From Octopus sinensis (lineage: Eukaryota), in NCBI RefSeq assembly GCF_006345805.1, contig NC_043001.1, positions 100,812,001-100,876,000 of the forward strand: a stretch of 64,000 nucleotides of DNA, given 5' to 3'. Both the position numbers and the translations under genes were made by a program. The stretch's first letter is position 1; each line of letters opens with the position of its first letter. This document shows, in pieces, positions 1-11,210 of the stretch. Under the pieces are notes generated by a model. The model was given only the letters and a program-made list of their open reading frames with translations. It had not been told where the DNA came from and did not search any database.

Positions 1-610
1 TGTTTTGTAATTCTGATTTCTAATCTAAATTAAGTGTGGTGGAAACCTGCAAGTTTTTCACCAACCTAGCATCGATGGAAGTTGTGTGTAACATCAGGAG
101 AATTCCTGATCTGTGAATTTCTCATATTTTTAGTAAATTATGTATGAAAATGGAGTTTAGAGACTGATTGAGTCAGACGAAGATCATTATTAAATATAAA
201 ATAAGTTGATTCTATCTAATGAAAAGGTTTTATTGACATTAATTATTACTTACCTTCAAATGGATGATCACATATTAGAGAGAAGTTCTGTGCAGAGGAA
301 ATGGCCAACGGTGAAAAAGGTGTTAATATATTTTTTGAATGGCTCTGAAGAGAATGATAAATTATTTGATAGGAGTGAAACTGTCCAGCACTAAATTAGC
401 ATATCAAGTCTTGTGGTGTCCTCTGAATAGCCATTTGTAGAAGAGAATTAACTTGATATATAAAGGTGTGGAGTTGAGATGGTTGAGTGACGAGTAAAAT
501 TTTCACAAAACAAAATAGACAATTATCAATGTCTTTTATGATTATTATTTACAAAACTACATGAAATATAAAGGTGGAGCTTAAGGGTTCAATTCACTGT
601 TTTCCTGTTG

Positions 611-925
611 AAGGGCATATGGCCAAGTGGTTAGGGTATTTAGGTCATGATCATAAGGTTGTGAGTTCGATTCCTCGAGACATGTTGTGTCCTTGAGCAA
701 GACACTTTATTTCACATTGCTCCTGTCCACTCACCTGGCAATAATGAGGTGTTCCTGTAACTCAAAGAGCTAACCTTTTCACATTCTGAGTCAATGCTGA
801 ATCTCCCTGTGAACTACATTAAGAGTATGCATGTCTGTGGAGAGCTCAATGACTTGCACTTTAATTTCAAGAGCAGGTTGTTGTGTTGATAGGACCAAAT
901 GAAACTCTTGTTGCAACTGACCGAG
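611..925 (+). mobile_element. tRNA-derived SINE (CORE-like central domain), decayed
   Basis: A box TGGCCAAGTGG, B box GAGTTCGATTCC, then TGTGTCCTTGAGCAAGACACTTTA typical of CORE/V-like SINE domains; related head at 12642-12937. Confidence 0.75.
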
Positions 926-1699
926 GGTCAGTTTTTTAATCTGACAAGATCGGAAAGCAGTTTAATAGCAGCACCAACAATAACCACAATATTGAAGACA
1001 ACAATGCAAATCATTTTTGCCTAAAGATTTGGAAATAGAACAACTTAAATAAATCCGCAAAACACTGGTTTTATTTTACTCCACATTTAATCTTAATTTT
1101 TTTTTTAAGTAACTGAAAGCCAGAGAACCTTTGAAATAAGCAGAAATCATTGAGTGAAGTTAGAAGAAATTAACAGAAAGATAAAATGGAGTTGAGAAAG
1201 GAAAATAGCAAATGAAATATCTATATCTTGGTACTAAATGTCCATTCAATAAAATATTCTAAATTTAACTTAACAAGGGGTATTTCTACTGGACACACGG
1301 CTTTATTCTAGAAAAAAAATAAATATTATCATCAAATTATTTTTTCTCAATACATCATTGCTCTTGTACTGAGTATCACAGAACAAAAAATTCTCTTTTT
1401 AGTGGACATCATAATTTCTGTTGAAGCTGATGGCTCTTTGGAATGCACAAAACAGTTGAACAGAAGAAAGTCTTCAAAGAAGAGACCCACTGAAGTAAGT
1501 GTTTCAGCCTTGAACTTCTTACACCAGGCCACACCCAGGTCAGGACCCCGTGGGTACCCTTCTGTAACTCCTCTCCATTGACTCAGCTTTCAAGCTCGAA
1601 CTTAAAAGAGAAATAATGTTGGCTGTCATGGTCGCAGTGAAATGCTAACACTACCACAATGACTCACCCAGAGTTACTTCCCTTAACATTAAAATACAA

Positions 1700-2560
1700 A
1701 ATTATTGCCTTGAAATGGTATGGAGGTTGTTACTGTTCCTCCTTGACCAGATCCAGCTGGAACATCTCTCCACTGTCTCTTATATCACCTTTAGAGACTT
1801 GATCCTGTTCATCCCAAAGACTGAGAATTGTTTCATTAGATTGCGAGCAGATTTGCCCACTAAGCCTCTGGTTCCAAGCTCTAGAGTCAGAACCTTGATC
1901 CGGAATTAGGCTTTCCTCTGGCTATTAGCCAAACTGGAATATTTTCCAGTCTTGAACACATGTGCTTCTTTTAGTCTACTTTCAAATGGCAAGGTGAGTT
2001 CAATCAAAATCAAAATAACTGGAATGAAAAATGATATCCAGCCTCCATCCACTCTACCTGATGACTTCTGATTGTTGATCCTGGGAGGTCTGCTGAGCAT
2101 TTCCAGTCATCTGCACCACTCAGAAGACTTTATTTTCATGCTCCATATGGTATGGCTGTTTTTGGCCATGATCTGCTGCTGCCTTTTTCTGTGTAGAATG
2201 TTGTTGGAAATTCTGGTTTTACTCTTGCCAAACTTACATGTATGATCTCCTTAAGCACTTGATTGTGCCTCCATGTGTATCTTCTTTGGGCTAGGGTCAC
2301 TCTGCAGAAGCTCAGAACATGTGCCACTGTCTGCCTACCCTGGCAGTGTGGCAGTCAAGATTATTTGATCGTCCCACTTCACTAGGTTCATATTCAAAAT
2401 CAGGAGATCATAGACAAATCTGAAGATAAAACTTATTCTAAGAGGCACCATATGCCACAAGTCATTCCAGCTGAGATGCCGCTGGAATGCCAGAACTACC
2501 AAACATGTCCTCAAAACCTTTTCTACTTTGTATTTGTACTGCATCTTGTAAGACGCTCCT
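1700..2560 (-). mobile_element. Non-LTR retrotransposon relic (Hero/NeSL-like), CCHC plus restriction-like endonuclease C-terminus
   Basis: Broken frames read WNDLWHMVPLRISFIFRFVYDLL, AHVLSFCRVTLAQRRYTWRHNQVLKEI, ILIELTLPFESRLKEAHVFKTGKYSSLA, LELGTRGLVG and SSWIWSRR; stops and frameshifts; probable 3' UTR extends to about 1440. Confidence 0.85.
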
Positions 2561-3192
2561 TTGTTATTTTCCCCATTTGAAATATAGCAAAGTAGTCACA
2601 GGAAATCATATCTAATGATGGTATTGTTCTATAAAATGTAAAATGAAATCAAATACAAAATTAATACAAGTGTAATAAAATCTTAGGATCCATGGAAAGA
2701 AGTGAAATTCAAAGCAACAATTAGAATGTGTATCTTATTTCAGCTACAGTAAATGCAATGTTATATTGTTGCTCTTTAAATTTCATATTGCACGCATTAG
2801 GGCTGAAGAGGCTGTATCAATCTACAGCTTTTTGAAACGCTGAATTTTAGTTGATGAGGGAAAAGAAGTGAGGGGATTCTAGAGAATTTCAGTTAGGGAG
2901 AGGAAAAATTGTGATGTTGTGGCTAGTGCAACAAAGTGGGAGCTGATAAAGTCAGAAATAAGAAAAGAAATTAGAAAATCACTATTTGTAAATCTCACAA
3001 CGAGAGATATTCAGCAACAGTACTTTGGAGTAAAGATTATTTGCCAATATAACATGGCAGTCCTGGTTTAGGACGAATGTTGCTGTAATTTAGCCCCAGG
3101 AGACATCGTCTACAGCTGGCTATACGACACAATCTGTGTCCTTATAATTTTGAACAAATGAATCTAGCAACCCCACTCAGCTCAAAACAATA

Positions 3193-3237
3193 TCTGTGTA
3201 TCGGGATTTCCGGTTTATTTCCCTTCATCAGCACAGA
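3193..3237 (-). ncRNA. Minimal type-I hammerhead ribozyme motif (PLE type)
   Basis: tctgtg CTGATGA agggaaataaaccg GAAA tcccga TA cacaga: 6-bp helix I, intact core, short helix III, AUA triplet, weak helix II. Confidence 0.7.
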
Positions 3238-3280
3238 ACAATTGCCAAATTGGCAGTGCCACCTCTAGCTGAACAATTAT

Positions 3281-3325
3281 TCTATGCTGATGAAGAGGAA
3301 TAACCCAGAAATCACGATACACAGA
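3281..3325 (+). ncRNA. Minimal type-I hammerhead ribozyme motif (PLE type), mirror copy
   Basis: tctatg CTGATGA agaggaataaccca GAAA tcacga TA cacaga; one helix I mismatch. Confidence 0.65.
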
Positions 3326-3699
3326 TACTGTTTTGAGCTGAGTAGGGGTGCTAGATTCCTTTATTCGAAACTATAAGAAAAACAGATCGTGTCGTATAGC
3401 CAGCTGCAGACGATGTCTCCTGGGGCTGAATGACAGCAACATCCGTCCTAAACCAGGAATGCCATGTTATGTTGGCAAACAGTCTTTTCTACTAAGAAAA
3501 GAAGGTTTGGCACATCTAGAGACTTTATTTGCATGGGGTGGCAATGAACAAGTTCAGAAGAGCAGAGTGTGAAGATATAGGCTGACAATAAGTGGATGCG
3601 TAATTGTAGAGCATAAATGAAAGGCGATTTGCCAATCAGTAGAGTATCATTTGTTTTATTGAAATGTCAAAGATATAAATAATAAACTAAGACTAGTGC

Positions 3700-3990
3700 T
3701 AGTGCCACTTAGAATGTTCTGGTGCTGGTAACACATAGAAAGCATTCAGTACACTCTACCGCGTAAAGTGCGTGTGGGGGGGGAGGTTAGTAAGGGCTTT
3801 GAGAAGCAGAGACCAAGGCAAGGAATGTTTGTGGTTGAATGTAATCAGTGAGAGGAGGGTAAGCAACAGGTTCATGCTATGAAATAACCTTCCATGGGGA
3901 TTAGATGAACTTCAACCCTAGTGGGGTCCCTGGCATTGCCACCTCCTGTCAAACCATCCAGCACAGGCCAGTGTTGAAGACTGATGTTAA
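3700..3990 (+). mobile_element. RTE-type LINE 3' end, decayed, leading into a (GAT)n tail
   Basis: CTGTCAAACCATCCAGCAC...GATGTTAAATGACGAC matches the 3' end shared by many copies in this window. Confidence 0.6.
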
Positions 3991-4090
3991 ATGACGACAA
4001 CGACGACGATGATGATGACGACGACGATGAAGATGATGATGATGATGATGAAGATGATGATGATGATGATGATGATGATAATGGCGATGA

Positions 4091-4121
<31 letters not shown>

Positions 4122-4275
4122 GATGATGATGGCGATGATGAAGATGATGAAGATGATGATGATGATGATGACAACGATGAAGATGATGATGATGATGATG
4201 ATGATAATGGCGATGATGATGATGATGATGATGATGACGATGATGACAACGATGACGACGACGGCGATGATGATC
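3991..4275. repeat. (GAT)n/(GAC)n microsatellite (expanded retroelement tail)
   Basis: Direct reading; source of the poly-D, poly-M, poly-S and poly-H ORFs. Confidence 0.95.
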
Positions 4276-4936
4276 TGGGAGCTGGTAAAAAGTCAGCTGC
4301 TTTTTGAAGGCAGTAGGAAATAATATTTTATGATGGAATATTGGTAAAATGGTGCGTGTGTATGTGTAAGTGTGTGTGTGTGTATGTGTGTGTGTGCGTG
4401 TGCGTGTGTGCGTTTGTGTGTGTCTAGACATGTGAAAATTGTCATGGATTATTAAAGGCATATCTGTGATTGAATGTTGTAAGAGAGGGAAGGCCAATGG
4501 TTCATGCTATGAAATACTGTTCATGTGAATTAGATGAACTCCGTCCCTACATTATATAAGTCAGTCGCACTCATCCATGATACGCTCAATCTGTCTGTTA
4601 GTCACACTGCTTTATTATAATAAAATGGCTCTTATCCTTATTCATCCATTTGAAAGTAACTAAACTACCAGGGAAAACACTGAAACACACGACTCTGTCA
4701 ATAAGTGAGGCATTAAAACCTACAACAAAATAATGGTAAGTGCTCTGAGATTCTTTAGAAGTCAAAGCAATGTTATGTTTTTTTTTTTTTCCTCTTCAAC
4801 ACAGCAATGATCAATCTATTTTAATGAGTCAATAAGTTCAATCTTTTACCTATATTTGGTAAAAACAGAAAAGCTGCTAAGAAATGATGCATCCATTCTG
4901 TTTCGTGATTGGAATACATATACACAGAAAAGTTAT

Positions 4937-4972
<36 letters not shown>

Positions 4973-5626
4973 ATGTGAAATAAATAAATGAAAAAAAAAA
5001 ATAAATGAAAAAAATAATAAAAAAAAACAACAACTGAAATGATAAAAGAAATATAAAAAAAGCAAAGATAAAGCAACAAAAAGTTATAAAATAAAACCTC
5101 CCTCTCTTGCCAGTACATTCAGTGGATGATAATAACTTCATGAATATTCATAAGCTGTTGGTTTAGACACTGACTCCGTATATATATTCCTGATATTGTA
5201 ATGTACGGGAGAGGATGGATGGGAAGAAGCGCATGCAGCTATGTTTATTTATGTATAAAAATAAACAGACATGTACATACACACATATATATATATATAT
5301 AAATATAAACACACACACATATATATATGAATGTGCGCATGTGTGCATGTATGCATACAATATACATACATATATATATATATATATATGTGCATGTTTG
5401 CGCAGGCATACACGTGAACACATAAATACAACACATACATATAGATACGCATACACTCGTATACACACACTTGCATTAGCATTGATGAAGATCCCAGTTT
5501 AGATCAATTTTGCTTTGATATTTACAGTCAATATTTCCTTGATCAGAACATAAAATATACGTTGCAAAACTTTTTGGTATATCTTTCTGTTTAGTTTATT
5601 TATTATCACATACATTATCATACAAT

Positions 5627-5636
5627 TATTATTATT

Positions 5637-5680
<44 letters not shown>

Positions 5681-5693
5681 TATTATTATTATT

Positions 5694-5737
<44 letters not shown>

Positions 5738-5738
5738 T

Positions 5739-5773
<35 letters not shown>

Positions 5774-5885
5774 CATCATCATCATCATCGTTATTATTAT
5801 TATTATTAGCATAGTCGTCGTCATTGCCATCATTGTCACTGCCATTGCCATTGTCGGCGTTGTCATCGTCATCATCATTATTACA
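5627..5885. repeat. (CAT)n/(TAT)n compound microsatellite
   Basis: Direct reading. Confidence 0.95.
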
Positions 5886-6707
5886 ATTATTTATTTATTT
5901 CTTTATTTCCTTATTCTATTTTAGGAGAGATAGTGGAGGGATCTATGAGTTTTTGTCACAAGAATTAAATGAAAACAAAAATTTAACAATAAATAAATAA
6001 ATAGAAATAAATACAAAAAATAATTTAAAAAAAAAGCAGAACAGTAAGCTAAGGTAGAAAAAATATGGTAAAGAAACATGAGAATCAATTTGAAGATGAA
6101 AAATAAAACAAAAAAATTAATGTAAAAAGCCTTCACCAGAATCTCTTGTATCTTCCATGTTTTCAATAAAAATCCAAAAAGCAAAATAAAAGAAAGACTC
6201 TGTTTCATTGCTTGTAAGTGTAGCCAATGTTTTGCTGAATCTCTCTATAAATTTGTTGAAAAATCTTGCCCCTAATTGACATTAATGAGAATGTTTGAAT
6301 AAAGTCTAATGGAGTAGGGTAGTGGCTATTTGAAGTAAGGGTGAAGTGTGGAAGAAAATAGGGGGAAAACATGAGATGTAGCGAATGTGAAGGCTGAAGG
6401 AAATAAATGTGTGGGAGTCACGAAGAATATAATATGATAAAATGGAAAGGAAATAAGAGAGAAATTATAAGGCCAAACTTGTACAAAACCCAAAATGTGT
6501 ACACATATATACATTCACATATGTGAACACATACACACACACACACAAACATGTGCATGTGTGTGCATGCATATACAGCAAATTTCCATATTATAGAAGA
6601 GTTGTGTTTTTGAAGGCTTTTCCACAACATAGAATTCAGTAATGTGGAATCTCTTCCATTGGTACATTATTTACAATTGACAGATATTTGTCCTCGTCTT
6701 GTTTGTT

Positions 6708-6753
6708 AACACAACATTTCGGCTGATATACCCTCCAGCCTTTATCAGGTGTC
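6708..6753 (-). ncRNA. Decayed minimal hammerhead motif
   Basis: gacac CTGATAA a ggctg(gagggtatat)cagcc GAAA TG TT gtgtt: helix I 5 bp, helix II 5 bp; G8>A and C15.2>T substitutions. Confidence 0.65.
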
Positions 6754-6800
6754 TTGGGGAAATTTCGAACCTGGGTTCTCATTCCTAAGGTATTTTTCGA

Positions 6801-6856
<56 letters not shown>

Positions 6857-6858
<2 letters not shown>

Positions 6859-6952
6859 TTTTCCTTCTTTCTTCAAATTTTCTTCTGTTTCTTGCCGAGT
6901 GTTTTCCATACACCTAGGGCAGAGAATCTCATTGCATGCATCCCCAGATGAC
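6857..6952 (-). mobile_element. R4/Dong non-LTR 3' terminus, 96 bp, inserted in (TAA)n
   Basis: About 88% identical (11 differences in 96 bp by eye) to 59396-59491, which follows a Dong-type REL ORF; (AAT)n on both sides. Confidence 0.85.
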
Positions 6953-6956
6953 ATTA

Positions 6957-6997
<41 letters not shown>

Positions 6998-7056
6998 ATC
7001 ATTATTATTATTATCATTATTATTATTATTATCATTATTATTATTATTATTATTAT

Positions 7057-7128
7057 TCAGGTCACTGCCTAGAATCGAACTCGGAATCTTGGGGTTAGTA
7101 GCCCACGCTCTTAACCACTACGCCATAT
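7057..7128 (-). mobile_element. tRNA-derived Pol III head (tRNA-like, not a functional tRNA)
   Basis: A box TGGCGTAGTGG, anticodon-like loop CT-ACT-AA, B box GAGTTCGATTCT; no acceptor stem; runs into (AAT)n. Confidence 0.75.
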
Positions 7129-7795
7129 AGAACTGTACTTTTCCATTGGTTTTCATGTTATGAAATGAGAAGTGTACTTCCATGCATGAAAATGACTGTT
7201 TTTCAATTGAGTAGTACTCTACAGTATGCACAGAACTGTATTAAGATAAATTTCATTATTGAAAAACTACAAATTGACTTTTAACTTTTGCCTCAAGGGC
7301 CATTGCATTGACAGTTTTTTTTCAGTCTAGTTGTGAAGCCCCACACTTGGGTGCCATTCCATATAAGCATTGGATTTATGGATAACAATGGTTCGGCAGT
7401 TTATAAAACAACTGCTTGAAAAACTGGTTTAATAGTGTCATTACAGTTATGTGCTGCTTTCACTGTTGAGCTTGCAAGATTTAAAGTTATTTCTGAAAAT
7501 TGGTTAAATTATTCTGCAACATCAAACTTTTGTAAATCACGAAGTTTAAAATCCATAGCAATCCTTTTATGACTTCTTCTTTTCGATGACGGTTTACACT
7601 TCTGTTTGATGGCTTCTTTCAACTCCTTTTGAATAAGGATAAAGCAGTGTACAGGTGATTGTATACATTTTCTAAAAGTTAAACAGCAGCAGTAAGTAGG
7701 AAAATCTCAAAACATGAAAGCAAAACAGTCACATTGATCCCCAACAAATCCGCACAGAATACATATTATTTCAAAAAGCAAAATTTGTTTTATAT

Positions 7796-8140
7796 ACGCG
7801 TAAGAGTGGCTGTGTGGTAAGTAGCTTGCTTCCCAACAACATGGTTCTGGGTTCAGTCCTACTACATGGAACCTTGGGCAAATGTCTTCTACTATAGCCT
7901 CAGGCCAACCAAAGTCATGTGAGTGGATTTGGTAGATGGAAACTGAAAGAAGCCCATTGTGTGTGTGTATATATATATATATATATGTATATGTTTGTGT
8001 GTCTGTGTTTGTTCCCCCATCACCATCTCTTGACTACTGATGCTAGCACATTTATGTCCCCATAACTTAGTGGTTTGGCAAACGACACCGATAGAATAAG
8101 TACTAGGTTTACAAAGAATGAGTCCTGGGGTGAATTTTGC
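7796..8140 (+). mobile_element. tRNA/CORE-like SINE with internal (TA/TG)n
   Basis: TGGCTGTGTGGTAAG...GGGTTCAGTCC, CCTTGGGCAAATGTCTTCTACTATAGCC; same family as 51448-51861. Confidence 0.85.
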
Positions 8141-8149
8141 TTTTCACTT

Positions 8150-8499
8150 ACCACCGGCATAAGTGCCAGTAAGGTGATGCTGGTAACGATCATGCTCAAA
8201 TGGTGCTTTTCACGTACTACCGGCACAGGTGCCAGTCACTGGTCCTGACAATAATCATGCTTGGATGGTGCTCTTAGTGCTCCACTAGCATGGACGCTAG
8301 TCATCAAATTTGATTTCGACTTCACTTGCCTCAACATGTCTTCGCAAGCAGAGTTTAGTGTCCAATGAAGGAAAGGTATGCATAAGTGGGCTGGTTACAC
8401 CACTGGCATAGGCTGCGGGTTATGGTCTCACTTGGCTTGCCCGGTCTTCTCAAGCACAGCATATTTCCAAAGGCCTCAGTCACTAGTCAAGGTCTTGGC
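8150..8499 (-). mobile_element. RTE LINE 3' fragment (C-terminus plus UTR repeat units)
   Basis: GGTCTTCTCAAGCACAGCATATTTCCAAAGG and GGTGCTTTT units shared with 20443-20937 and 53104-53760. Confidence 0.65.
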
Positions 8500-8500
8500 C

Positions 8501-8566
<66 letters not shown>

Positions 8567-8574
8567 ATATAAAG

Positions 8575-8780
8575 TTAATCCAGATATGAAAACACAAAGA
8601 GAAAACACAACAATGCGAGGACGTGGAACAAGTATAGTGTTATTGGATGCTCAGGAAAGGAAAGAAAGAAGAAGGATTTAATGTTTCGAGCGGAACTCTT
8701 CATCAGAAACATAGGAAAAGGAAAGATCCAAGGAAGGGAAGACGAAGGGAAAAAAATCGCCAATGAAACACATGCGGTCA
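8575..8780 (-). mobile_element. PLE-type non-autonomous tail with hammerhead motif, adjoining (TA)n
   Basis: HHR at 8677-8710: gttt CTGATGA a gag(ttccg)ctc GAAA CA TT aaat (G16.2>A, consistent with CpG decay). Confidence 0.65.
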
Positions 8781-10237
8781 CAGGTGCAGGTATTGCTGTA
8801 TAGTTGAGAAATTTACTCCTCAGCCATGTGGTTTCAAGTTCAATATCAGCCTATGACACCTTAGACAAATTGTTTCTACACAGCTTTGGGTTAATGAATG
8901 CTGTGTGAGTAAATTTGGTAGATGAATATTGTATGTGTGTGTGTGTGCATGTGTATGTGTTTGTGAATATATACATATATATATATATGTACACACACAC
9001 ACACACATACATATATATGTACATATGCGCACATAGGTTCATGGTGCGATGCAAGTTACAGATCCAACAGAGGGATGATTCTAGGATTGGCATTTATATA
9101 AAACAAGAAAACAGCACACACGCACACAAATACACGCACACAGACACACACAACTACACACACATGCACATTTGCATGCATTTCTATCCATTTGCATGCA
9201 TTTCTATCCATTTGCATGCATATAGGAGTGTGTATGTGCCTGACCATCTCTGTATGTGTGCATTGTTTTGTGTATGTCCAGATAACTAGATTACTAAATC
9301 CATAATAAACACCATGCTATAATATATACCTACAATCACCAATGCATATAGAATCGACTATAACAGACCACACATTTCTCTTTGCATACTGTTATATGAA
9401 ATAATAAATATACATGTCATATAACATATTACTTATAGTGTGTTAAACAAAGGAAAATACTTGATGGGTAGGGTTTATATGTTTATAAAAATAATAAAAT
9501 TTTACACCTTTTCGCTTCGTTCTTTGTGTTTCTTGCCAGCTAAGGCCAATATTCTGCAAATTGTCATTCTCTGGCATAAAACTTGGGTTGTGAAACTGTG
9601 AAATTGAAATCTTAATATATTTCGTGTTCATGCGAAATATTGTAAATCTGAGCCTGCAGTCGTGTCATGTGGTGGACTGCTGTTATTTGGCAGCATATCA
9701 GCTCTGGGCAGAGATAGGATTAAAGGCATTCTTCCCGTGTTCATTTCACCATTTTGGGGAGTAGACTATAAGACTATATTATCTAACATGTTCTGTCCGG
9801 ACCATTTTTAGGATGACAAGATATGATTATTTGAGGAAGTATTTCAGAACACAATATAAATATTTACACAATTAAGAATTCTAATTAAAAGTTGTGTAGA
9901 CTGCTTTCATTGTAATATTTTACGGATAATTAGAAAAAATAATTATCATCAAGAAACTTGTAACAATGAACCTGATTTTCCTACTGATGCTGTTGCTGAT
10001 GATGATGATGATGAAAAGAAGAGGGAATGTGTGTGCCAAAACAATGTCCAAACCATACTGTTGGACCTTGCATGCTTTGCACTCTTCTCAGATACTTGCT
10101 TATTTTTTATGTTTCATAGAGCTCAGGTAATTCTACCCTAAACAGGGATCACTTTTAATAAATACGGATGGCCATTTATGTATTGGTAAGAAAGAATATG
10201 TTAGTATCAGAAAGAGTGAAAGAGAGATAGAGAAAAT

Positions 10238-10283
<46 letters not shown>

Positions 10284-10844
10284 AGAGAGAGGAAAAGAAT
10301 CATACATAAGATAATAGAATTTGCTGAACTGTTGAAAATCAAAATCAAATGGAAGCTGTATGGAAAGATGAGGAAAGAAGACTCTGCACAGTGAGAAAGG
10401 AATTTCGTGTTCATCCACGCAAATAAAGTTTATCGAATTGGTAAGCAATCTCCTTGAAAATGACAATCAAAACAGTCCTTATTTGCCGTTGTATTAAAAT
10501 ATACACTCACACACAAACACACATACACATGTATACACAAATACTTATACATATATACATATGTATATTTGTATATATGAACATTCATATCTGTATGTAT
10601 AAATTGTATAAATGTATTTATGTAAGTATATATACATATGCATATTATATATATACACACACACATACATGCATATATATATTTGTATGTATATATAAAT
10701 ATAAATGTGTGTATGTATGTATGTATGTATGTATGTATGTATAGATATATGCATATATATATATAATAGAATATATATATATATATATATACTATACATA
10801 CATACACACACATATACATACACACACTTGTATATATAGTGAGA

Positions 10845-11210
10845 AATATATGGGGAGATGAGGGTGCACACTGTACAGCCTTATACATAGGATCAACCAA
10901 AAATTTTAAGTAATGATATGCCACTCACCTCCATTCTTTTAGATACGATAAACATAGTAAATCTACAACACTCGCCAAACACATACATCATCCCAAAAAT
11001 ACAAATATACCCTATACTCTGTCATGGTCCATACTGGATTCAAGGCTTCCCTACCGAGGTCAGTGCTCAACCTGCAAGTTTTGCCTGAAGGAGGCACTTC
11101 ACATATTAAAGCACAACTCTCCAGCACTGCTAAATAAACATAATGAGGCAATAAGCACATGCAACCACCGCTTTTTTCATACCATCAAATTCTACCACAA
11201 ATTCAAATGC
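10845..11210 (+). mobile_element. PLE (Neptune-like) GIY-YIG endonuclease relic
   Basis: ALYIGSTKNFK**YATHLHSFRYDKHSKSTTLAKHI...WSILDSRLPYRGQCSTCKFCLKEALHIL...LLNKHNEAISTCNH; YIG at 10884-10892; two in-frame stops. Confidence 0.85.

Larger units (their letters stand above)
3023..3496. mobile_element. Fold-back element with ~215-bp inverted arms, one hammerhead motif per arm
   Basis: 3040-3240 is the reverse complement of 3278-3479 (about 88% by eye); weaker match extends to 3023/3496; 37-bp spacer. Confidence 0.9.
6663..7128 (-). mobile_element. Composite SINE-like element: tRNA-like head, (AAT)n, PLE-type tail with hammerhead; interrupted by a Dong 3' end
   Basis: All modules on the minus strand: head 7128-7057, (AAT)n, insert 6952-6857, (AAT)n, tail 6802-6663. 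Confidence 0.7.

Noticed and set aside
341-392. CTGAAGA...GAAACTGTC hammerhead look-alike
   Set aside because: No helix II, and helix I is mismatched at the core junction
7057-7128. Functional tRNA gene (anticodon ACT)
   Set aside because: No acceptor stem, imperfect anticodon stem, and it runs directly into (AAT)n; treated as a SINE head
7509-7672. Possible host exon on the minus strand (TTTTAG acceptor, 54 open codons ENVYNHLY...DVAE*)
   Set aside because: The frame continues through in-frame stops with LINE linker-like composition; more likely a decayed retroelement
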